Of a stretch of DNA of 64,000 nucleotides, positions 53,957 through 64,000 are shown in pieces (the stretch's first letter is position 1; every line of letters begins with the position of its first letter). Origin of the DNA: Octopus vulgaris (Eukaryota); NCBI GenBank assembly GCA_951406725.2, contig OX597814.1:28210001-28274000 (forward strand), in the 5' to 3' direction. The translations under genes were made by a program, and so were the position numbers. The notes below the pieces were generated by a model. That model was not told the origin of the DNA. It searched no databases and was given only the letters and a program-made list of their open reading frames with translations.

Positions 53957-54460
53957 TTTGCTTTTCTGTGGTTCATCCTCCTCACCACCAGAAGTATGGT
54001 CGGAAAACTCCACCTCGGACGGGAGCGAGAACACATTTCTTGAGCGCACATATCTACATTTGTACTTGTAAGAGGGAACGAACAGGGGCAGATGGCGACA
54101 GAGTGCTGGGTTGGGATATCTCCTGGGTAGTGATTATTTTGTTGTACTCATTATTTTCTGATTTCTCAGTTACCTCTACTGATGAATTTAATGTTGATGT
54201 TGTTGATGCTGCTGTTGCTTACTTTTCTGCTGCGGTCGTCAGTGTCATCGGTTTTTGCTGTTAATGTTAGCACGGATATTGTTACTGTTACCCTTCTTTT
54301 GACCCTTGCTATTACTGTTGCATCTGCTTCTGATATGGCACACTGTTGCTCTTGCAACAATGGGGCCTTCTTTCCCGCTTCCTGTTTCAGTTAGGTGGGT
54401 AGAAAGCTCGGAGATGGTCAATAAGACATATAGGCTGCCGGCCCTTCACAGTTACTCCTA
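53957..54460 (-). pseudogene. Possible decayed retroelement ORF1/gag remnant
   Basis: VTVKGRQPICL..DHLRAFYP resembles a broken zinc-knuckle region, followed by Thr/Ser-rich low complexity; weak. Confidence 0.25.
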
Positions 54461-54613
54461 GACCCCCCCCCCCATTCAGCGGGGTAATGAAATCTAGGAT
54501 GCTTTTCAAATGCCCGAGCTTTGCCTAGAAAGGACCTCCAATGTGGTCCCAAACAATTATACTGTTTCCTTCACTTTACATCCAGTAAAGTTTCACTCCC
54601 TCCAACACTAAGC

Positions 54614-54657
54614 ATGCCAATATCCACCAGAGATTTATCTCTGGTGGATATTGGCAT
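54614..54657. repeat. Perfect 21-bp inverted repeat with a 2-nt loop
   Basis: ATGCCAATATCCACCAGAGAT-TT-ATCTCTGGTGGATATTGGCAT. Confidence 0.95.
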
Positions 54658-54788
54658 TCTAGACTCGCCAGAAGTTGTTGATGATCTAATTGTGTCCAAA
54701 ATTATTATCATGAAAAAATGTAAAATTATGTGGAAAAAAATTTATCATATTAAAAAGTAGTACATACATGAATTGCTAACAAAAAAAA

Positions 54789-55025
54789 TAACAACCTTAT
54801 TACCTATCGTCCTTTTCCTTAAATAAGTGAGGGTGAGGGCGAAGTTATCACTGGGTGGTTGACCACTGAATGTTGTATTGCGAGGGCCTCAGACATAACT
54901 ACGGCTTAACAACCTTATTACATATTGTCCTTTTCCTTAAATAAGTGAGGGTGAGGGCGAAGTTATCACTGGGTGGTTGACCACTGAATTTTGTATTGCG
55001 AGGGCCTCAGACATAAATACGGCTT
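54789..55025. repeat. 118-bp tandem duplication
   Basis: TAACAACCTTATTAC.. at 54789 and 54907. Confidence 0.9.
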
Positions 55026-55327
55026 CAACCCCACCAAACAACTTGCTCGAATATTCTGCTGAACATTGAGGAGAGCCCGTTCTAATTGTGCGTTGGTGGT
55101 TGTCTCCAGGTGACAAGCTGTTAAATTCGTGTAGTGATATAGAACAATCTTTCGAGCATTTGCAGCTAGAATTATCTAAAGCCGTGCCCTCTAGTTTTAC
55201 CCACATGTTTAGCTTCCTTGTGAAGGAAATTCCAGCGAAGAAACCCTTGCTGTTACTTTTGTCGTCCTTGCTATCGTTATTACTTACTATTTGTGTGGTG
55301 ATACTTTTGTTTCTGCTGTTACAAACT

Positions 55328-55712
55328 GGAAGCACTCCGTCGGTTACGACGACGAGGGTTCCGGTTGATCCGAATCAACGGAACAGCCTGCTCGTGAAAT
55401 TAACGTGTAAGTGGCTGAGCACTTCACAGACACGTGTACCCTTAACGCAATTCTCGGGGATATTCAACGTGACACAGAGAGTGACAAGGCCGGCCCTTTT
55501 GAAATACAGGTACAACAGAAACAGGAAGTAAGAGTGAGAGAAAGTTGTGGTGAAAGAGTACAGCAGGGATCACCACCATCCCCTGCCGGAGCCTCGTGGA
55601 GCTTTAGGTGTTTTCGCTCAATAAACACTCACAACGCCCGGTCTGGGAATCGAAACCGCGATCCTACGACCGCGAGTCCGCTGCCCTAACCACTGGGCCA
55701 TTGCGCCTCCAC
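55328..55712 (-). mobile_element. SINE family B, full length
   Basis: TSD GCTGTTACAAA on both sides. Confidence 0.9.
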
Positions 55713-56016
55713 GCTGTTACAAATTTAGTAAGAGTTCGGTCGTCTTCGTTGTTTCCTTGTTTTTGTAATTCAATTTCATGTTTTTTGCCACTTTTATTAT
55801 TATTTTCACGTTGTGATTACAAATGCGTACATTAAAAACTATATTTACTTAACTGTTTCTACTGTTTTTTAAAGCAATAATTCGTGGGACATATTAATAG
55901 CTACCACTGCTGTGGTTAGCTTCTTCTCTATCAACTACGAAAGTACCCATTTTAGAACGAAATAGACATAATAAATGGCTGTAAATATAAACAATATATA
56001 TATATATATTATAATC

Positions 56017-56080
<64 letters not shown>

Positions 56081-56702
56081 GATTATAAACAATGCTTAGA
56101 TGGATCTATATTCTATCACAATTAATAGAGAACGTGTTTATACATACTTAGCCCTCTTGTTGCTTAATTGAACAAAGAAAATATTCATCCAGATATTCTT
56201 TATGAACCACTGTCAAAGCGGAACTTTGTAAACTCATGCGACCCCAATGCTTAACTGGTGCTTTATTTTACTGACCCTGCAAAAATAAAAAAGCAAAGTT
56301 GACTTCGACGACATTTAAACACAGTTGAAAGGTGTGAGAGCTCATAAGGAGGAAACAAAATAATTTAAACGTGTACACGCTACAGCATGACCTTAACCTT
56401 AACGCCTAACACAAAATAAAGAACCAGTCTGATCTTTTGCTATTTCTTCCATCCCACCACTTAGTTTTCTCTTCGAAATATTTGCTTCCTACATCTATAG
56501 GAAACATGAGAAGAGGGAAGATATGGCATCCATGGCTAATTCCGAAATATTGTAGAATCTTACAAAAGGTATGTGTCAATCATCCCGGTAATTAGTGGGT
56601 AAAATATCACTCTAGTGGTGTGGAAAATCTAAAGGCAAGAAGCAAGAAAGGCAACTACAGTGATATCAGCTGACTGAAATTTTTACACAATATGGAAAAT
56701 AC

Positions 56703-57004
56703 GTGGAGGCGCAATGGCCCAGTGGTTAGGGCAGCGGACTCGCGGTCGTAGGATCGCGGTTTCGATTCCCAGACCGGGCGTTGTGAGTGTTTATTGAGCG
56801 AAAACACCTAAAAGCTCCACGAGGCTCCGGGTGGTGATCCCTGCTGTACTCTTTCACCACTCTTTCTCCCACTCTTTCTTCTGTTGGCCTGCTCGCTTAG
56901 CCAGCGGGGTGGCGTCATTCGAAGGCTAAAAACAATGCGAACGCATTGTGACCAGCGATGTGTAACTACATCTGATGGACTAGTCGGTCACGTGATCACG
57001 TGAT
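56703..57004 (+). mobile_element. SINE with B head and a different tail ending (CACGTGAT)2
   Basis: First ~130 bp essentially identical to family B and similar to about 56885, then unrelated; TSD G(G/T)AAAATAC. Confidence 0.85.
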
Positions 57005-59506
57005 GTAAAATACAGGTTGGTGAGGATCTGGTCTTGAAATTTAACTAGAGAGAGCGACAGGCATGTTTCGGCTTTATTAGGCCTTATAATAGAAGCATAT
57101 CCATCTCAGTGGGCAAGACTTGGAGACGATCAGTATATATATATACACACATACACATATGTATGTATATGAGTGTGTGTATGTGTGTATGTGTGTGCAT
57201 ATGTGTGCGTGAATAGAAGGACAGTGGTGAAGCTGATTGTAAATAACAACAATAGTGCTGAAGGAAAATAACTGAACCATGATTAAAGGAAGCTAAAGGA
57301 AATTGGTTCATCCTAGAACCGAAATGTAGTTGTAGTACAAACACCGTTTTCTCTCTCTCTTCCAATCTTTCCCCTCTTCACAATCCTCCCTCCCTTTCTC
57401 TCGTTTGGGAGACCATTTTGTTCGGCCTCAATTTAATATTGCTGTAATTTGAGTAAAGATTCAATTATAACCTGCAATGTTTGTGTTTTGGAGACCAGAA
57501 GGCTGAAGAATGGATCCTCAAGTCGGAGATCTGACCCGAAATGCTTGCAGCAGACTTGAAATAAATACTGCAAAGCATCCAGTCTCACGTTCCTACAAGC
57601 CGGTGAATCCACCATCTTAAACTGCTGCAGTTTTTTTCCTTCTTTTTTTCCCCATCACTAAAGGATGAAAAACAAAGTTGACCTCGACAGTTTTGAACTC
57701 GGAACACAGCCAGTCGGAACAATTACCACGAGGAATTTCTATCCAACATTCTTACAACTCAATCAATTCACTGCCGGTCAAAGAACAGTTCCGATTTTGA
57801 AATCAACCAAAGGTAACTTATAATTGCTCTAAAGACGATTAACGATCGTCTCGGTAAACTTGCTGCCGAATGTAAAAGATAAGCAAAGTCGAACTTACAT
57901 GGAGTCACGCTCAGTACTTAAGCAATTTAAACGAATTACTTTAAAGTACACAGCTCATTAAACCAGCTATCATTACACTCATTTTATTGTCATAACTCAC
58001 TTGCTTCCACTGAACAAACATCAAATAGCAATTCTAAACCCATAAACAAACTGAATAAAGCTTCAGAGACATTATGTCATCAAATAAAAACAGAATCCGT
58101 TAAAAGATCTCATATCTGAACTCAAATTTATCAGACGTATTTCTTAATGTAGATTTAATATATCTTAAGATTTCTCTTATTTAATACAGCTCTTCATAGT
58201 ACATTATTTTGATATTTGGCAACTTAAGACATTTAAGACTAGCTCTTTAGAGTTATATTGCTTTAACCTAGTTGTAATGTGGTGAACCGTGTCAACTAGT
58301 TATAAGGAATGACACACTGCATCGACTTGGTCATATGTAACAGTTCGTGTATTGTTTTATTGTAAAGTCACGAGTCACCGAATGAGTTGGGTAGGGGGGT
58401 TCTACGCGGTCATTCGATCTGCTAGTAATGGCAACTAAATGTCCCTCAATTCGCACTCTACCGTCTTCAAAAAAAAAAAAATAAGGAGGGTGGATATATA
58501 TATATATTTTTTCTATCTAGTTTCAGCTCACGAGCTGTGGCCATGCTGGGGCACCGCCATTTGGAGAGTATAATTCCTGATATACAAATAAGTTAAGGCC
58601 ATATTTGACCCGGAACTAAGCAATAACAACAAGAACGAGAACGAGAAGAAGAAGAAGAAGAAGAAGATCATCAACAACAACAACAACAACAACAATAATA
58701 ATCTCAAAGAACAATATTAGTGCATTGGAAAGGAGCATCGTTTGTTGACTACAAGACATAGTACGATAGCGGAGCAAAAGAACGAGTTTCTACTTATTTT
58801 CGTGTAAGCATTTCTGTGACAAATAAGAAAATACGAAATCCCACCCAGTACTGAACAAATGTACAGTATTTGGCAGTACTCGGAGCATGCTTAAGCGTAA
58901 TCTTTTCTTGTTTGTTTTAGTAATAGCTTTATTGATTTAAGCCCTAAAACGCTCTGTTGGTAAAACAAGTCAATAATATAAAAGAATTTATCTATATTTA
59001 TGTTTACATAAGCGTATACACATACATACATACAAACACATACACATACACACACATATGTATGCGTATGTGTGTGTGTATATGTGTGTGCATGTGTGTG
59101 TGATTGAATGAAGGGTGAGAGAGAGAAAAAAGAGAGATAGATATGGAGATAAATAGAGAGAGAGAGAGGGGGAGGGATAGAGAGAAAGCGAGAAACAGTG
59201 TATGAATATTTATATATATTTTGACTTGTTGACATTATTTAATAAGATTTAATAAGAAAGGGATTTAAGTGCTAATAGCTTTTGCAGTTACTAGCAGCGC
59301 ACTCTCAGTGAGCTATAGTATACACAGTGGGCAAGAACTGGCTAATACATGCTGATTCTGTTACATGTTAGTGGAGCGGGCGACCAGTAGGTGACCAAAG
59401 AGTGATATATCTCTGCGTATTTGAAGTGCTACTTCGGAGCATTTGGTAGACATCAGAGGTCATTACCTCTCCTGAGCTTATCCGCCCTTCTTGAAAACCT
59501 CGAAAG

Positions 59507-60475
59507 TTTGTCCGTCACATTAATAGATGATTCATCTAGTGTAGAAGAAATGATGTTGGCCACAACAAGGTCGCTCTCAGGCCCTAGGAGTGGACGAGAT
59601 TTCGGCAGAAGTGTTGGAAATCGGAGTGGAATCACGGTAAATTTGTCTGTCACATTAATGGATGATTCACCTAGTGTAGAAGAAATGATGTTGGTCACAA
59701 CAAGGTCACTCTCAGGCCCTAGGAGTGGACGAGATTTCGGCAGAAGTGTTGGAAATCGGAGTAAACCCATAAAATATTTTCACTAGTTGATGCTGGAATC
59801 TTGGTAAATTTGTCTGTCACATTAATGGATGATTCACCTAGTGTAGAAGAAATGATGTTGGCCACAACAAGGTCACTCTCAGGCCGTAGGAGTGGACGAG
59901 ATTTCGGCAGAAGTGTTGGAAATCGGAGTAAACCCATAAAATATTTTCACTAGTTGATGCTGGAATCTTGGTAAATTTGTCTGTCACATTAATGGATGAT
60001 TCACCTAGTGTAGAAGAAATGATGTTGGCCACAACAAGGTCACTCTCAGGCCGTAGGAGTGGACGAGATTTCGGCAGAAGTGTTGGAAATCGGAGTAAAC
60101 CCATAAAATATTTTCACTAGTTGATGCTGGAATCATGGTAAATTTGTCTGTCACATTAATGGATGATTCCCCTAGTGTAGAAGAAATGATGTTGGCCACA
60201 ACAAGGTCACACTCAGGCCGTAGGAGTTGACGAGATTTCGGCAGAAGTGTTGGAAATCGGAGTAAACCCATAAAATATTTTCACTAGTTGATGCTGGAAT
60301 CTTGGTAAATTTGTCTGTCACATTAATGGATGATTCACCTAGTGTAGAAGAAATGATGTTGGTCACAACAAGGTCACTCTCAGGCCCTAGGAGTAGACGA
60401 GATTTCGGCAGAAGTGTTGGAAATCGGAGCAAACCCATAAAACATTTTCAGTAGTTGATGCTGTAATCATGGTAA
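59507..60475. repeat. Tandem array of 167-bp units (5 full + 1 of 135 bp) derived from the RTE-like LINE
   Basis: GTC(C/T)GTCACATTAAT at 59510, 59645, 59812, 59979, 60146 and 60313. Confidence 0.95.
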
Positions 60476-61094
60476 TCTGAGGATGTCACACACAGCTGGA
60501 AGAATGCTTATTCAAGAATGATTATAGAAGTGAATACAGGGATTATTGGGGAGTTTCCCTACTTGCTATTTTCAGGAAGATGCTAGTAAATATGTTGCTC
60601 AATAGAGAAATCCGAGAGAAATCCTAGAAGTTCCAGCTGAAACCCAATGGAAATTTAGAAGAAACGATATGAATATCTTAATTGCGACACCCCAGTATGG
60701 CCACAGCCTCCGACTAAAACCGATAATAGATTCCAGGTTCAGTCTCACTACGTGGCACCTTGGGCATGGTATTCAATGTCCTTCAGATGTAACAAAACAA
60801 GGTACTGTTTGTGATTTTCATTGACTTTACGAAAGCAGTCAAAGCTAATAATTCAGCTGAAGTTTCGGACGCCAGAAAAAGTTAATCGAATATATTTGAA
60901 TACCTTCAAAATGATAGAAGAGCCCAAATTATGCAGTTGAATCTCAGTTCTGCGCAGTTTCATATCATAGTGGGCTTCAAGAAGGGCTGTGTACTTGCGT
61001 AAACATTATTTTCGCTTTGACAGCGATTTTTCGAAGAGTCATTCTATAGATCTGATATTAAATTCATTAAAGAATCAAACATTAAAGCTTAGAC

Positions 61095-61343
61095 CAGTGG
61101 TTCTCAACTGGGGTCCATATGGCCTTTGGAGGTCCATATAAGATTTTATTGTTAAAATTTATATCCATTAATACGCCTACAATGTACAAAACCTTTTAAT
61201 AATATTTCTAGACAATTCCTAATATTTAATTGCAAAAATGTAATTGGATGTTTTTTTAACAGCAATTGACTAGGGACCTCCACCCGAGTAAAATAAGAAT
61301 CAAAGAGATCCCTAGGTAAAAAAAATAAGGTTGAGAAACACTG
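61095..61343. mobile_element. hAT (Charlie-like) MITE, 249 bp
   Basis: TIRs CAGTGGTTCTCAAC / GTTGAGAAACACTG; 8-bp TSD GCTTAGAC / GTTTAGAC. Confidence 0.88.
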
Positions 61344-61625
61344 GTTTAGACTAACACTAAACATATTTTAGTGAGAAGAATACAGTTTACTGATGATCGT
61401 GTACAGATGGAATGCAACGCCGGGTAACGCTTTTGGAAATGCAGCCACAAAGTTTAGGTTGAATATTAATATCAAGAAATTCTAACTTAATTATAAAACA
61501 AGACATGTAGTACAGTATGAGTCCTTCAAAATTGAAGATCAGGAGCTGATATAGGTAAGCCACTAACACGAGCAATAATGTTCAGAGAGCAACTGTGGAA
61601 CAGCAAGTACGTTATAGTCCGAGTG

Positions 61626-61950
61626 TGAAGGCGCGTGGCTTAGTGGTTAGGGCATTCGTCTCACGATTGTAAGGCCGTGAGTTCGATTCCAGGCGACGCG
61701 TTGTGTCCTTCAACAAGACACTTTATTTCATGTTGCTCCAGTCCACTCAGCTGGCAAAAATGAGTTGTACCTGTATTTCAAAGGGCCGGCTTTGTCACAC
61801 TGTGTGTCACGCTGAATCTCCCTGAGAACTACGTTAAGGGTACACGTGTCTGTGGAGTGCTCAGCCACTTGCACGTTAATTTCACGAGCATGCTGTTCCG
61901 TTGATCGTATCAGCTGGGACCCTCGTCGTCGTAACCGACGGAGTGCCCCT
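61626..61950 (+). mobile_element. SINE family C, full length
   Basis: TSD ATAGTCCGAGTG at 61614-61625 and 61956-61967. Confidence 0.9.
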
Positions 61951-62307
61951 TCTTCATAGTCCGAGTGAAATGCAAAATTTTCTGAGCAATAATATTATTC
62001 AACCTATTGCATGGATCGCGGACATAGACATTATACCAGAAACAGACAAAGAAAGAAGAAAAAAAACTGTATGCATTTTTTATAACACACTTGAAGCAAA
62101 CAAAGAATGTCATCCTGAAAGACAAAATCAGGAACATCATTTAAGAGAAAGCCAAGCTGCTTAACATAGAAGAGATACTGATGCAGGGAAATATGCACTC
62201 ATGAGAGAATCTCCACCCAAACAAACACTATGCACAACTTGTTAGTGTTGAGAAAAGTCATAGTTTAATAACCCGGCTGAGATACAAGGATATAGTTAAA
62301 CACAATA

Positions 62308-62540
62308 AGGCGGCGAGCTGGCAGAAACGTTAGCACGCCGGGCGAAATGCGTAGCCGTACTTCGTCTGCCGCTACGTTCTGAGTTCAAATTCCGCCGAGG
62401 TTGACTTTGCCTTTCATCCTTTCGGGGTCGATAAATTAAGTACCATTTATGCACTGGGGTCGATATAATCGACTTAATCCGTTTGTTTGTCATTGTTTGT
62501 CCTCTCTGTGTTTAGTCCCTTGTGGGTAGTAAAGAAATAG
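62308..62540 (+). mobile_element. SINE family A, full-length young monomer
   Basis: TSD GATATAGTTAAACACAA at about 62290 and 62540. Confidence 0.92.
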
Positions 62541-62937
62541 ATATAGTTAAACACAACCTGAAGTGAATAAGCATTGACACCCACAGTGAATCGAGAGAAA
62601 AATCTGTGCAGTAGAGCGATTCATTTTTTCACACTATGATTCGAGACTCAGAATAAGCACTGTTATATTGATATCGATGGGAAGCCAGTTCTGGTGACTA
62701 ATACAAACACACATACATACATGCATACATACATACATAATACATACATACGTACGTACGAACATACATGCATACATACATCTGCATATGTGGGTGTATG
62801 TATGTATTATGTGTACACACACACACACACACACACGTACACATATGATAATATATTTAAGTCAGTTTGTAATACCTGCGCTATGAAATGTAGACTAATG
62901 CAAATATATTTTGTAATTCTTTTCGCACACAGAACAA

Positions 62938-63225
62938 TGAAGGCGCATGGTTCAGTGGTTAGAGCGTCGGACTCAAAATCATGAGGTAGTGAATTCGATT
63001 CCCGGACCGGGCTGTGTGTTGTGTTCTTGAGCAAGACACTTTACTTCACGTTGCTCCAATTCACTTACCTGTAGAAATGAGTTGCGACGTACTGGTGCCA
63101 AGCTGTATCGGTCTTTGCCATTCTCTTGGTTTACATCGGTGGCGTGGAGACGGGAAGCTGGTATGCATGAGCGACTGCTGGTCTTCCATAAACAATCTTG
63201 TTCGGACTTGTGCCTAGGAAGGGGG
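62938..63225 (+). mobile_element. SINE family D, 3'-incomplete
   Basis: Match to 15555-15892. Confidence 0.8.
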
Positions 63226-63469
63226 GGGGCTTTCCCTTTTTATTATAGAAAAATAAGGATACTGGCTTGACGTGTTCCATGGCTGGCTAACCACTCTTCG
63301 AAGGCGAAGCACTCCTGAAGACTTCTGCTCACAAAAAGAACTTCATATCAATTATTATCCGAATCCCTCTTAAACATGTATTAAACTGAAATGCCTACTC
63401 AAATTTGCATATAATGCAGTTAGAGCTCTGTCTGTAAAGTCTACGCTCTGAAAAGTAAAGGTATGGAAA

Positions 63470-63865
63470 TCTTTATATATAAAAGTCAAGTTGTGTGTCT
63501 GTCTCCTACGATTTAGATTCCTAACTACTCCCACATTTTGCGGTGCAGTTTAACCAAAACCGGGTATCTTATAGTCGTGATTCATATCGAGCCCTTCTGG
63601 GTATTAGCGCGCGTCTACGATGAGTCTACGATTTAAAAAAAAATTACCATAATTTTTTTCCATTTTAATGCATTTTTCGCTATTATATAAGGGAAGTAAC
63701 TCTCTAAAAATGTCTACGATGAGTCAACGATTTAAAAAAAAATTTACCATCGTTTTTTTTCCATTTTTAATGCATTTTTTTGCTATTTTTTAGCTATAAC
63801 TCTCTAAAAATGCTTATATAGTTATTTCCCTTACAAACCCGAGCAACGCTGGGCGATGCTGCTAG
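63470..63865 (+). mobile_element. Non-autonomous Helitron
   Basis: A|TC at 63469/63470; 3' hairpin CCCGAGCAACGCTGGG; CTAG|T at 63865/63866. Confidence 0.9.
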
Positions 63866-63919
63866 TACATCATAAAATTCAGGCGCAACATAGTTGTGTG
63901 GTTAGAAAGTTTCGCAATT

Positions 63920-64000
63920 TTTACCTCCGTTTTCGCTAAGGCGGAAGTATTGCTTACAGTCGTGTTTGTTTGTTTGTCCGTGGACAAGATATCTCAAGAA
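63920..64000 (+). mobile_element. Start of a Helentron-associated (HINE/DINE-1-like) element, cut by the window edge
   Basis: T-rich site, short inverted repeat TACCTCCG..CGGAAGTA, then (GTTT)n and AGATATCTCAAGAA. Confidence 0.5.

Larger units (their letters stand above)
59470..62200 (+). pseudogene. Decayed RTE-clade LINE RT region, interrupted by an array, a MITE and SINEs
   Basis: Motifs in the expected order across frameshifts: DDS.SVEEM..A, GVDEISAEVLE, DYWGVSLL, IFIDFTKA, GFKKGCVLA*TLFSL, IQFTDD, FRLNINIKK, LLHGS.T*TLY. Confidence 0.7.

Noticed and set aside
54937-55335. 132-aa minus-strand ORF
   Set aside because: Starts in a SINE tail and ends in a local duplication; no recognisable domain
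59421-60438. Repeated 72-121-aa ORFs in the 167-bp array
   Set aside because: Products of the tandem unit; the plus-strand one is a decayed RTE RT segment and the minus-strand ones are antisense
61389-61400. CTGATGA as a hammerhead core (also at about 29096 and 54179)
   Set aside because: No stem II plus GAAA follows; at 61389 it is the FTDD codons of the decayed RT

Overview
AT-rich, repeat-saturated eukaryotic non-coding DNA. The SINE/LINE/microsatellite repertoire looks like a coleoid cephalopod, most likely Octopus; this is inferred from repeat recognition, not a database search. I can support no host protein-coding gene, RNA gene or CRISPR array. The protein-coding sequence I recognise is all transposon-derived: a 5'-truncated, frameshifted Dong/R4-type LINE (RT + CCHC + restriction-like endonuclease) in (TAA)n, several related fragments, a young CR1-like RT fragment, a decayed RTE-like LINE and a Helitron remnant with 69-bp (23-aa, STPR-like) repeats. 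The rest is dozens of tRNA-derived SINEs with swapped head and tail modules, non-autonomous Helitrons, hAT and Merlin-like MITEs, Penelope-like ends with minimal hammerhead-like motifs, TE-derived tandem arrays and microsatellites. The best leads are the hammerhead-like motifs near 39.9-40.3 kb, SINE module shuffling and self-insertion, Helitron end-swapping, a (TAA)n-targeted 335-bp element, and two unique-sequence islands with regulatory-looking motif clusters. SINE family letters are my own labels, and boundaries of decayed elements are approximate.
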